Shown one piece after another: positions 27,457 to 39,900 of a stretch of DNA of 64,000 bases. The notes under the pieces are model-generated. The model was not told where the DNA came from and did no database searches. It worked only from the letters and a program-made list of their open reading frames with translations. The stretch lies in NCBI GenBank assembly GCA_046563655.1, contig CM102290.1:9424001-9488000 (forward strand). The letters run 5' to 3'. A program made the position numbers and the translations under genes. Position 1 is the stretch's first letter. Every line of letters starts with the position of its first letter. This DNA comes from Yuukianura sp. NJ FZ-2021. Lineage: Eukaryota.

Positions 27457-27936
27457 CAGGGTTCGTAATCGGTATAATACGTATAATACATTTTGGTATA
27501 ATACCGTGTATAATACAGGGGTTTTTCAATAGGCCATTTTTATTGGAAAACGATAAAAATTGGCGCCACACTCTCGCGCAATAATGCACTTTTTCAACTT
27601 CTTACAAGAAATTCCTCATGCTGCGTTCTTTTGTCGACTACTCTTTTTCTTGCCAACTGTTTCTCAACTCGCTGCAACAGATTTAGAATTTGTTTTAGTT
27701 GTACAGGTAATAAAATTCCCCGAGTAAGCGACCCAATTTGGAACGAGTTTGACGAAGAAGCAAACCCTGGCGCAAAAATATTAAACAACTTAATAAAAAC
27801 TTAGCAGAATTTCTTTGGACCGTCTATTTATGGAATTATAAAGACTGGTTTGGTATTATACCAAAAACCCAGTCTTATACCAATTATACCGGGTTTTGGG
27901 GGTTTTTCCCAAAAACCCTGGGTTTTTCGAACCCTG
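27457..27936. mobile_element. Non-autonomous hAT element, 480 bp
   Basis: TIRs CAGGGTTCG...CGAACCCTG, perfect 8-bp TSD CGTCTACG (27449-27456 and 27937-27944), and subterminal GTATAATAC/GTATTATAC repeats. Confidence 0.92.
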
Positions 27937-27974
27937 CGTCTACGTTGGAATCAAATGGGGTACTAAATTGTCAC

Positions 27975-29258
27975 TTTTATTAAGTATCGTCAGATACTTA
28001 CAGGCATCGTCTTGTCCGTCTGTCCGTCCGTCTGTCCGTCCGTCCGTCCTTCCGTCCGTCTAATGTTTACAACTCGATAACCACTGCATTGATTTCTAAG
28101 CGGCGTTTTTAAATTAGTAACTAACTACTGACCAGATACCTAAAAATTAGTTTTTGGATTCACCTCGAGTTACCTCTAATGGTGTCTAAGCTCAAGCAGG
28201 TCAGGCTAATATTTCCAATTGTGTTATTTAAAAAGAGTGATTTTCATAGTAAACTTTTAACTTTTTGGAATTTGAAATTATGTTATTTAGAAAGAGTGAT
28301 TTTCCTACTAAACTTTTAACTTTTTGGAATTTGAAATTATGTTATTTAGAAAGAGTGATTTTCCTACTAAACTTTTAACTTTTTGGAATTTGGAATTATT
28401 ATATTTAGAAAGAGTGATTTTCCTACTAAACTTTTAACTTTTTGGAATTTGAAATTATGTTATTTAGAAAGAGTGATTTTCCTACTAAACTTTTAACTTT
28501 TTGGAATTTGAAATTATGTTATTTAGAAAGAGTGATTTTCCTACTAAACTTTTAACTTTTTGGAATTTGAAATTATGTTATTTAGAAAGAGTGATTTTCC
28601 TACTAAACTTTTAACTTTTTGGAATTTGAAATTATGTTATTTAGAAAGAGTGATTTTCCTACTAAACTTTTAACTTTTTGGAATTTGAAATTATGTTATT
28701 TAGAAAGAGTGATTTTCCTACTAAACTTTTAACTTTTTGGAATTTGGAATTATGCTATTAAGTATCGTCAGGTACGTATAGGAATCGTCTTGTCCGCCCG
28801 TCCGTCCGTCTGTCCGTCCTTCTGTAATGCTTATAACTCTATAAGTACTACATATTGATTTCTAAGCGGTTTTTTTTAAATTAGTAACTGCTGACCAGAT
28901 GACTAAAATTCAGTTTTTTGATTCACCTCAAGTGACCTCTAATGGTGTCCAAGGTCAAAGTTATGCTCCATTTACAATACGTAAACGGATGGACAGACTC
29001 AAAAGCGGTTGCGTTGATGGGTTTCTGATGACATCGAGCGACCTCTAACAGGGTCAAGGCTCAAAGTCATAGTTTTCTCTACAATTGGGAAACGGATGGA
29101 CCGATTCGGAACTGGTTTCTGGGGATGGATGTTTGACGACGCGAGGACTAAGATTCCGAATGATGTTTGACCTCAAGTGACCTCTAATAATATCAGAGAT
29201 CAAGGCCAACAATATCTTGCGCGGGAACTCTCTATAATTGATCTGACGATACTTGTTT
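27975..29258 (+). mobile_element. DINE-1/Helentron-type non-autonomous element (composite: two 5' ends, one 3' end)
   Basis: T-run, 14-bp subterminal IR AAGTATCGTCAGAT (27982-27995) / ATCTGACGATACTT (29241-29254), 5' hairpin AAGTATC-GTCA-GATACTT, (GTCY)n microsatellite, central tandem array, and a second diverged 5' end at 28760. Ends in CTTGTTT. Confidence 0.8.
28223..28753. repeat. 59-bp tandem repeat, 9 copies
   Basis: Unit GTTATTTAGAAAGAGTGATTTTCCTACTAAACTTTTAACTTTTTGGAATTTGAAATTAT; 531 bp = 9 x 59. Units are near-identical with no spacers. Confidence 0.97.
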
Positions 29259-30295
29259 ATATCGTCTTTGCAAGAAGTTTATTTTCGCTAGCTTGTTCAT
29301 TGTGTTAACAACTTCCGAGGAGATGAAAAGGTGCGGAGTTTTGTTCAAGACTTGATATTTCCTGGTGATGGAGCGGCGAAAGTGACCAGAAGTCATTTGG
29401 GTAAGAGGAGACTGGGTGTAGTTCTTGCTGGACATAACCCGCATAATGGAATCCCCAAAAAGATATTCGGTGCCATTTCTCCTATGACTCACAGAGACTT
29501 TTGACTTTTGCAAACTTCTTTTAGATCTGTAAATTAATGTGGCATAGACGACAGAATGAACTAAGGCAGAAAAAGTCCCGAGTCATCGGCCCGAGGAAAC
29601 AATAATAGGAGAAGGACGCCTATCGAAGACTATAAATTAATTTGAACTGACATTATCCCATAGGCAGGTATGTACTTAAAGTGGCGACGACGTGGGCATC
29701 TCCTGGAATTGAACCAAACACAAACTTATTCAATCTTCTTCTTTTGCCCTTCACTTGAACTTTGTAGAGTTGAAGAAAACCGTGGGATGTCGAGACCGTT
29801 TGGAGTGAAATGGAGAAATGACTCTGGCTTTAACTTCTTGGCCCACTTTTTCCGAAAAATTTTCTTTGTTAGCACACAAATGTTGACACGAAATCTTTAA
29901 CTTAGAAGTGTATCGACCGGGAAGTGGGTTCTGATTTTCCTATTTCTGTTTCCAACCATATCACTGCTCACAACATAACCAGTGGAATTGAAATTATTAG
30001 AATGACGCCGTTTCTTGTTTCGCCAAATCCTTCAAAAGCCTCCTAACACCCACACTTTATCTTCTAAATTCAAACCAATAATTCAGAACTTTTTTTTTCA
30101 GGAAAGGAGAACAACTTAAAGCTAAGTAGAATGCGAACATTCTAGGAGAATTTCAACGACACTCGACAGTTGACATCGATACGCAGGAAAGTGTTGTACT
30201 AGTGCATTTGAGTTCCATTTGAGACCCAGAATGAGCCATTTCCTTGGCTAATTGAAAAAGAAAGGCAGAGATTTCCCGGTTTTTGTTTTGTGACA

Positions 30296-33200
30296 ATGCA
30301 AAGTCTTCAGTTCATAAATCTTGTTATCCTCGCTTTCCTTTCAATTTCGAACTTGGTGGAACTGTCACAGTCGAACCATGATTCAAAGACTAGCACGGTC
30401 ACCGTGGGACGTGCTGGTATAAGACAACGACGTGAGCAGCAGCAACGCCGTGGAGCTAACGTGGTTAAAAAGTTACTCAAACGACGCGTCAAAGATGGAA
30501 GTCTTCGGCTCATTGGAGGCACAACGGACCATGAAGGTAAGATTTGAAAAAGATTGGACTTTGGTACTTTCTCCACAATACCAAAAAAAAATATGAATAG
30601 TTTTTTCAACTTTCCTATTTTTTTTTTCAAAAAAGATTTGCAGAAAATAATAGTTTAAATGCATGCAGTCGTATTAGATACATAAGAGAAAGTTGTTGAG
30701 AACAAAAATTTTCCTTTTGAAATTTCATATCCTTGTGACTTTCTCTCACTTTTTTGGAATGTAACTCTATCATCTCCAACAACCGAATCCTACCCAAGCG
30801 TTGTTACTTTGATCTCCTATCAAGTTTCAGAAATTCCCAACATCTTTTCTCCACTGTGTCTAAAATTTTGTTTTTTGTTTAAATTTTGTTTGAAATGCTG
30901 AGTTTTCGTCTAAATTTTGTCTATATTTTGCGTTCTTTTTTTTTGTCCAAAATGCTGGGTTTTCGTCTAAAAATTTGCGTGATTGTTTAAATTTTGACTA
31001 CGCAACGTATCAACCCTTCGACAACGACATTAATTTTGCGGTTGAATATATTGATGAAATTTATAGGATTGAGGAATTAGAGCGGAATAAAAATGCGGGC
31101 CAATTTCTATGTCTTTCTGCCCACTTGTGATGATGATGATGATGATTACTGTTGTATTTGCACAGGAACTGTTGAAGTTTTCCATGAGGACAGATGGGGT
31201 CCAATTTGTGATGATGAATGGGACGAGAATGAGGCAATGGTGGTTTGCCGCCAATTGGGTTACACGAACACATCGCCAAATCCAAACGTAACACTCCAGT
31301 TGAAGCCAACTCACAACGGGAGATTCGGATCTGCAAAAAGTAAAGTTCGCAAAAAACCGTAACATCATTTCACTTTGTCAAGGAAAATCAACCTCATTTT
31401 TCATTCAAATTCATTCGGCAGAAGCACTTTTGAATTTAGAACAGACAAAAAAAAATCAGAAAAAACTATCGTTTTTAGAGCACACAGAAAAAGTAAAGCG
31501 GTACGGCGTCATAGGCGTCACTGTAGAAAAAATCTCAAAATGTATTTTTTGGAATTGTAAAATTTTGATTTTTTTTAATATAGGTAGGTACTGGATGGAT
31601 AACGTTATTTGTGATGGAACTGAGCAGAAGTTGAGCGACTGCAGACGAGATCCCTGGGGTCAACATGACTGCACTGATGCTGAAACTGCTGGGGTCATTT
31701 GTGCCATTGAAAATGTCAATGACTCTGGCGCTCTTTTGGAGATAACGACTACACCAAAACCAGAACACCCTAGGAAAAAACTACCAGTAATTTTCCTTTG
31801 TTGTCAATTGGAAATTGAGACTTTAGATTAATCAAACGAGGTCAAAGCCTTTTCTTTTTCTGCGGCGGGTGAAAAGACCCGTCTTTTCTTTTTGCCAACT
31901 CCCGTAAAATGTATGTCTGACTTATAGACCTTTAGCTTAGTCTATTTGAACCTAACTTTGTGGATTATTAGGTCTCAAAGCACGTCCTATAAATTGAGTA
32001 CATAATGGCTCCATTGGCATACTCTGAGAGCTCGATGACTCGAACAGAATTAGAAAGGAACCTTTAGGAACGCTAAAACTTCGTTCCCTGCGATTCTACA
32101 TTATCGACTGCCTTTAATGCGTCGTGGCGGAAGATTTTTTAATGCTCCAGTAATTAAAAAATTATCGAGCCGTTTCAAGACTAAAATTTGAACACAGTTC
32201 AATTCTGGACTAATTCCGACTGTTTTTAAAATAGGCGATAGAACAGTAAAATTTATACCTATTTTTATGAATTAGCTGAATAACGTTAAACACGGAGAAA
32301 GTGAACATTTTTTCACTTTTCAATTTGTTTCTCTTTAGTAAGTTTTGCTCTTATGAAAGTTGTGAGTCATGAAGCTGTCACAGTGACAAATGTTTTTGGA
32401 GAAAGGACAGAAAGGTCAAATGTTTCAAAAGGAAACAACTTTCTGTCAAATTCTATCGTCAAAGACTGAATTTCAAAACGAAAATGCTGTCGCCCATTTG
32501 TGCGAATGTCAAGGTGAAATTCGATCCAAAAGTCCGTTCTTTTGAAACCGGTCCAAATTCTCGTTTAACCTTTTAATTTCGAAATAGAAAGCCGAATTCG
32601 GATTTCACATTTAAAGAATTTTATTAGGTTAAAAAAATTAATATTATTTGAAAGAAAATGTATTTTTTTATAAATTGTAGAAACTGGAAGTAAAACTAGC
32701 AGGCGGAAGAGTGCCAACCGAAGGACGAGTTCTCATCCGATTTCATGACACGGGAAGTAAGACAGTGATGATGGTCCTATTTTTTGCACAGGCTAGCAAG
32801 GAAGATTAATGTGAATTTTGATTCAATGCGGCGTTCACAATTTCCTACAAACATTTTTTTCCCATTTTTACTCCATGTTGCTCTTTTTTTTCAATATTTT
32901 TTTTTCTTTTTGAAGACTTTCTTTTTAAAAATTTAGTTTTTGTTTTCAGAGTGGGGCGTTATTTGTGGTGATGGATGGTCGCTTCGGGAAGCAGGCGTAG
33001 TTTGCCGACAATTGAAAATAGGCTTTGCTCAAGATGCTCCTCAGACAGACTACTTCGGTGGATCCATGGATGACATGTTGACAACGGGGGTCAAATGTCA
33101 TGGGAAGGAACGAGGATTAGGAGACTGTTTTCACCATGATGTTCCTCAGAACCAAACGCCTGTCTGCCCAGGGAATGCTAAAAACTTTGCTTCTGTTATT

Positions 33201-36200
33201 TGCACAGATCGTAAGATATTTTTGAAACTAAATTTACAAAAGCATGTCATGTACAACGAATTGTAGTTTATGTTTGACTAACATTACTACAGTAGCTGAG
33301 GAATATGTTTTGAAGAGCAATGGAATGGCTGGAAAATGAGAGAAAGTTAAAGGGGAAAGCTCAGCGAAGAACTCCTTCTGAACTTTCTGCTGGCTCCATC
33401 CATTTGTTCTGAAAAATAAGATCATTAAGTAAAACCGGCAGTTCCATTAGATGATCTCTGTCGAAGGAAGAATAGGAGAAAGCACTTTCTTCCCTTCTGT
33501 GTTCATATTCGTCTGTTCTTGTTCTTTTTCTTTCTCCCTCTACTCGCTCTTTGACTTGACCTTATAACCTTTTTAAAAAGAAACGCACGACGGACTTTCT
33601 GTACCCAAAGAAGACAGACAAACGCCAGTTTTCAAAATACTTTCACTCTAGGCTTTTCCTTAAAACTTTTTCGAGACTAGGTTAGCTTTTTTTAGTTGGA
33701 CGTCCTCCATTTCGAAGAACAGTAAGAAACAGGACTTTTTTTTTGGTTTTGAAGTTAGAGTATGCCGATGGATGTGAAATTCCAATTCGTCTTTTTCTTT
33801 GTTCTTTTTAGGCTTACCAGACCTTGTTCCGGATCCAATAGAAATTGAGCGTTCAACTTACTTGGAAGACAAGCAACTGTACTTTCTCCAATGCGCTCTA
33901 GAAGAAAACTGTCTCGCATCCGCTGCATATCGGTTCGATTTCGGACTGCAGTTTGGTTTTTTTATGAGATAATCCGACTTTTCCAATTTTGGGTTATGCG
34001 AAATAATAAATTTAGTTGCAGTTTTCAAGCTTAAGTGTCTGGCTTTATAACTTTGAATGCAATGAATTGCATCGAATCTAATGTTTTTTTTTACATAATT
34101 GGAGCTCGAGTTTTGCAAAACTAACATTTGCGGAAATGTCAAGAGTCAAGTGGCTTTGTGCTGTTGGGTTTTTTGTCTACTTTTAGTATATAGTAAAGAG
34201 AAAAAGAGGAGTGAAAGTAACATTTTGACTTTTTCTGGTTTGATTCCAAATGGCCATTTTACTTTTGTCAGTTTACAAGAAAGCAATTCCTATGGATGGC
34301 ATTTGGACATGAGACGCCTCCTCAGATTCACTGCTCGAATTGTAAATAAGGGAAATGCAGACTTCCGCCCAGCGATTGCCAAGCATTTGTGGCAATTCCA
34401 TGCCTGTCATATGTAAGTTCCTTTCCTTACTTACTACCAGTATCAGTATCAGTACGCTCTGTTCCAAAAGTAAAAGTCAAAAGTTTTCAAGTGAAAACTA
34501 ATCCCTAAGCCAGAAGTTTTGAACTTTGTGGAGAGAGGGTGAGACAGATGCAGAATTCATTTATCATTAGAACAAGAAGGAATTTAGGTCATGTCACTAT
34601 GGCACAATTTGTGCAAATTGTTAGTTCCACTCCAGCTTTTAGTACAACGTGACTTCAGAATCTACCCTCCTCTGGCATTTGATCCGGATTCAATTTTACA
34701 GCCGTCGCTAATCCACTTAGTATGTGGAAATAGATTCATTAGGTTTAATTGAAAAATGTAAAATATAGGTACTACTCAGATCTTTGGATTTGTTTAGCAA
34801 AATGACATTTTCTCGAACCATTTTTCTTTCGTAGCGAACCGGTTTGAAGTTAATGTTAAGACTTTCTTTGATGATACTTGTTTTTGAAATTTTAACCATT
34901 CAAGGCACTACCACAGCATGGAAGTCTTTGCTGTTTTTGACATTCTGGACAGCACCGGAAGGAAAGTGGCAGAAGGACACAAAGCGTCTTTTTGCCTCGA
35001 AGACAACGAATGTGTGTCTGGAACAGAACCGGCCTACGCCTGCGCCAACTACGGTGACCAAGGGATCACGGTTGGTTGCGCCGACATCTACAGGTCCAAC
35101 ATCGACTGCCAATGGATTGACGTTACGGACGTTCTGCCTGGAATCTACACCTTCAAGGTACGATGCACTCAACATGACTATCCTGACCCAATTTCCAAAA
35201 CCTTTCAACATTTTCCGAACTTCGTTCAAACTGGGTTCAAAGGAACTTTTCTTTCAAGTTTAAAAACTATACAACCCACAAAATAATATTACGCCCTAAC
35301 CTAACTCCAGCAGAGATTGAACAGTTCCTTCCGATTTCTACCCTTGCCTAAACCGGCCGTTTTTTTTTTGGTAAAGTCACAGATTTGTTTTTCGAAAAGT
35401 GTTTTATTGATAAAGTTGACTGTAAAAGTTGATCCAGTTAAAAACTGAAAGCATACGCCGCGCCAGCCGTTTAAAATTTTATCGTTTATGTGGAGCCGAA
35501 ATGTTTCAATTTCGCTAGATTTTAGCCGATAATCAGAGACTATGAAATTTACTACCGACTGGTTTCCTGTTTCGAGTAAAAGTGTGGGAGTGAAAGTTTA
35601 CCTATTGTGACTGCCGTTACTTCCACTGCCTTCCAGTAGTGGTGGAAGGAAGAAAATCAATAGGAACAGAGGGACCAGCATGAGTTTTAGGCACTAAAAA
35701 GGCCTTCGATGCGTCGGCCTTATGAAAGTAACAGCAGCGGCGGTGGTAACGGTGGAGGAAAGCGTATGGAGAATTTGATGGTCTCGAAACAGGGAAAGTG
35801 CGGTTTTAGAACTTGGAGCAAAAGGGAATACGGCGGCGGCGGCAGTACACACGAGGCTAACTCCGATTCTTTTAAAATTTTGTTGGAATAAAAAAAATCG
35901 ACACATCAGCTCCACTTCAATTCAACAGATTCCCCCTGCTTTTGAGGGATTTTTTTTTCTGAGAAGAAAATTGTCAAGCCACAGACTATGGCAGAATGCT
36001 TTGGCAGCACTGCTGCCTTACATCCTAAGTCCGCTTGAGAGTAGTTTTCGCTGTGTGCTTTCATCAGTTTATCGCTAGCGAAAGATGTGTATGCTTTAAT
36101 TATGCTTTCACAAGGACCAAAAACTTATTAAAAGTCAAATTCATTGAGACAGACACGTATGAAAATCACGTCCTCGGATCCACTAGTTTAGTTTAAGGCT

Positions 36201-36981
36201 GTGACGTTAGCACTCAGCTTCAAAGGGACTTTTCAAAGGAAAGTTGCAGCAGCTTATTCGGCAAGTTTTTGTAAATGGTGCTGAAGCTCGAACTTTTTTG
36301 ACAAACTAAAATATAAGAAAAGTCAGCTTCAATTTTACTTTCGTCTTGGGAATTAGGTCTCCACCTTGCTCTCATGGGGGTAAAGGCACTGAAAGCTTTA
36401 GAACGCTGAACACTCTAAACAGTTTTTTCCCATTAAGTTTTGAAACGACTGCCCTTACTACTTTTTGTACCAAGGGAGAGGGATTGGCTTCGGCTGGATC
36501 GCGGAGATTTAGGTTAGCCTAATCTTGGTTTGGAAGTTTTTTCGCACCTTGACAACGTTGAGTCATTCTTGGTTACGTCTATACCTGGAAGCCAAATTGC
36601 AAGATGAGCAAAAATGCGCAGAAATAATCATTTTGAGGAATTGAGTTACGCAGACGGGAGATTGAATTTGGAAGATGGCTTTGGTGTAACTACTAGTTAG
36701 TAGTCGGTGGAGTGTGGCATTCTAATTTCCTCAATGAGTTGAATGGTGGCGGTAGGAGTTGGGTTATATTTACGACAATTTTTGCCTGAAATGCGCATGT
36801 AGAGCTCTACAATTCTCCTAATGTCACCTTGTTCTATTGTCTGTGTTTGTTTGAACAGATTTCAATCAACGGAGAAATGAAAGTGGCAGAGTCGGACTTT
36901 TCGAATAATGCTGTCACCTGCACACTTCATTACGCCGAGTCTGCAGTTTTTGTGTCTAACTGCACGCTTACTCAGCCCTAG
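30296..36981 (+). CDS. Loxl2: Lysyl oxidase-like protein with two SRCR domains (Loxl2 type)
   Basis: Signal peptide; SRCR1 ([36 protein letters not shown]); SRCR2 ([18 protein letters not shown]); [15 protein letters not shown], copper site [21 protein letters not shown] and [16 protein letters not shown]. Last exon 36859-36981 reads [23 protein letters not shown]. Confidence 0.95.
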
Positions 36982-39900
36982 CCTTGACGAAGTTAGGTTA
37001 AGAGCATAACCTAGCCTAAAGGACGACTCAAGCATCACGAAAGCGACCCGAATTTGCCCAATTCTCAAGCGATGCCACAAAAAACTTTCCTTCCAGCCCA
37101 ATCCTCAACTGCCAAGGCATTGAATTGCTTCCAGACGCGAAGATCCTTAATCCCACAAACTCCGGACAATCTTTGATGCAGTATCTATCTACTTTTCTCC
37201 ATTTTTTTTGGAAGATCCAAATCCTAAGGCTCAAAACAAATCCAACCAACAATCGATCCAATCATGCCGAAAATAAAGTAAAACAAAACCTATAAGTAAA
37301 CAAAAAACGTGTTTTCTAAACTAAAAAAAAACAAATTAAGGTCACTAGGGTCAAATTCGAAATTAACTGAAAAAGTTTTTAGCAAAACCGAATCTTTGTT
37401 TCCAAATCTTTCTTCATTTTTGGTAGGCTAAAAGTTGAACTGTGAGTGAGAAGAAACAAAAGTTTGGAACTACAAAATGTTTTACACGCTTGAGTTTGCT
37501 GCAAATAGGAATTTCGTTAGTGTTTTAGCCCTTGACATTTTGACATAAAATGTTACTTGAAAATCAGTTCGTGATTCCTTAGCTGTATATTTCGTATATT
37601 GTTCCTGATACTGAGAGAAACTCCTCTTTCGCTATTTCAAATTAGAAAGTTTCGTTTTTGATTAGTTTCTGGAACTGACGATGAGACAAATTTCCAAAAT
37701 CCTTTGTGTTTCTTCATAATTTAATTCCTTCAAATTTGTTTCAGGAGCTAGGGAGGCTCCAGTGATGCATGTAATCGAGTTGAACTCAAGACCTTGGAGT
37801 TTCATGGTATCTAGTTTCGGTGTGACCGTCTAAAAGTGGCACGATCAGTACTAGTCTGGTTCCGTTAGTAGTAGTTACATTAAAGCTAATGTAAGTTATA
37901 GTAAAGTGGCATTGGTGTAGAACATTTTCCCTGTTCGGTAATGCATCATCCTCATCCTGATTTGAAGAGGCTATTGAAACTGCATAAAAGGGAAGTGAGG
38001 CTAGGTGAAGCAGAGTGTATGAAGAGGTTTCCTTTTAGCAGAAAATAATTACAGTAATGTCATTGAGCCAGATTCTTTCTATAGGGGAACAAGAAACTGG
38101 AAACGAGGACAAGAGGTCATGGATAGTCTTCTAAAACGTAACCTGAGCCTTCACGTTCAGTCCTTTGAATAGACTAGATCTCATGATTCTTCGAGCATCT
38201 TCAAATCCTTTCAACGAGCCAGAGAAAGAAAGTTCCAAAAAAGAAGCCAGATTTTCGCTTTCACCGTCGTCCAAAAAACCCCCGGCCAACATTGAAACTT
38301 CTTCCAAGTCATGCTGCTATAGGATTAGGATTTTGAAATGCAGATTGAAATGGCCAGAAGGATAATATATACAAGTTTATAATACCTAAAAATAATTATA
38401 TTGGTATATATTTTTTCTATGTATAATATAGCATTACACATACAAAAAATATCATATGCACCGACTTTCTCCTTTTCTACATTTGTTGCTCTCCTAAAGG
38501 TGACTGAGAGGAAGCTATTTACCATAGTAACACGAAACCGGTGACGGCATTGCAGTAGTTACTTTATTTTTCCTTTCCGGAAGACTGGTGCTGTTCCTGG
38601 CTACAAACAGAAAAGTGGAAACTGAAAAATAATATGAATGTTTTCCAAGAAAACAGCGGAAGTAATATCCATTTCCATTCCCTTAGAAACATTTCAAAAT
38701 TTACAAAATCATAAGCGTGTAAGCCCCTAGAGGAAGCTACCTACTCAACTTTACGAGATAATTAGAATTCAGGGTAAACATCATGCTCTGAGAACTTGAG
38801 CTTTTTCAATTTCGAAAGACCGTGGTAAAACTTTGAATGGCTACTTCGGAACTTTGAATTTTATGAGTAAATTAATTTATCAACCAATATAATTTATATA
38901 CACTGATTTTAGTTAGAATTTTGGAACACTTGAAAAAGTCGAAAATCCAACAGTTGAAGTTTTCGACCATTTTTTTTTTGAAAAACTCCCTGTTCATAAT
39001 TATTTTCAAAATTTGACCAAAAACTTGATGTTTGCGTTGCACATTTTGCAATTTCTGGAAATAGTTCACATTTTTTTTAAACTTTGTCGCGCAAATGTAT
39101 CTATCACTTCTAGTATGTTCAATTTTTTTCAAAAACTTTAGATACATTACACTTGATATTCGCTTTTGGACATTCAAGAATTTTTAAAAATACTCCATGT
39201 TTTTTTAAAAGCTTGTCGCGAAGAGATGACCAAACTTTGAAAATGTTTAAAACTTTTTTTGCTAAAAACCCATCAACTAATGCTTTTCCGTTCGCCCTTC
39301 GCCCGTTGAAGGACTTCTGAAATGAGATTTGGGAATTCTTAAACGCCACACGGCCGTAATGCTTTCTCCTACTTTTCCAAAATGTTCAATTCAAAAAATT
39401 TACTATAATAGACCAGGTATGGTACCTTGGAACTGACTGCCTTGCAAGTTTAAGAAAACGCAGTATTTCAAAAGGAAAAAAAAAACTAAAAGTTGATATG
39501 TTTTCAAATGTTATGTCAGAATACTTGGTCGTTCTGTTTGGATTCATGTGGAATTCGGTGGTGTTTGGTCTTTTCGCACCCAGACGTTGAGGAATCAATA
39601 CAATTTCCTCACATTTTTTGATTTTTTTTTTATCACCTCCTGACCTTCTATAGTACCAGAGGAGAAACTGCTACTGGTGCACACAGTCTCACCGTCTTGT
39701 TGTGTGGGTTCATTTTGGTGTTGCTGTTGTGTGCTTCCGCCAACTTTCACTTTGCAGGATTTGATTTGTGGCTTTCCTCACATCAGAGGCACTTTACCAA
39801 AACTGTGGCCATATTACAAAGCACGTGGAAAATAGAATCAATGGGCTTCGTAGCTCGCTTCTGCAACTTTAACCGCGGAAAAGTACTGAGCCATAGGCAG

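Noticed and set aside
28223..28753. CRISPR-like array
   Set aside because: Contiguous near-identical 59-bp units with no unique spacers, in a eukaryotic context with no cas genes.
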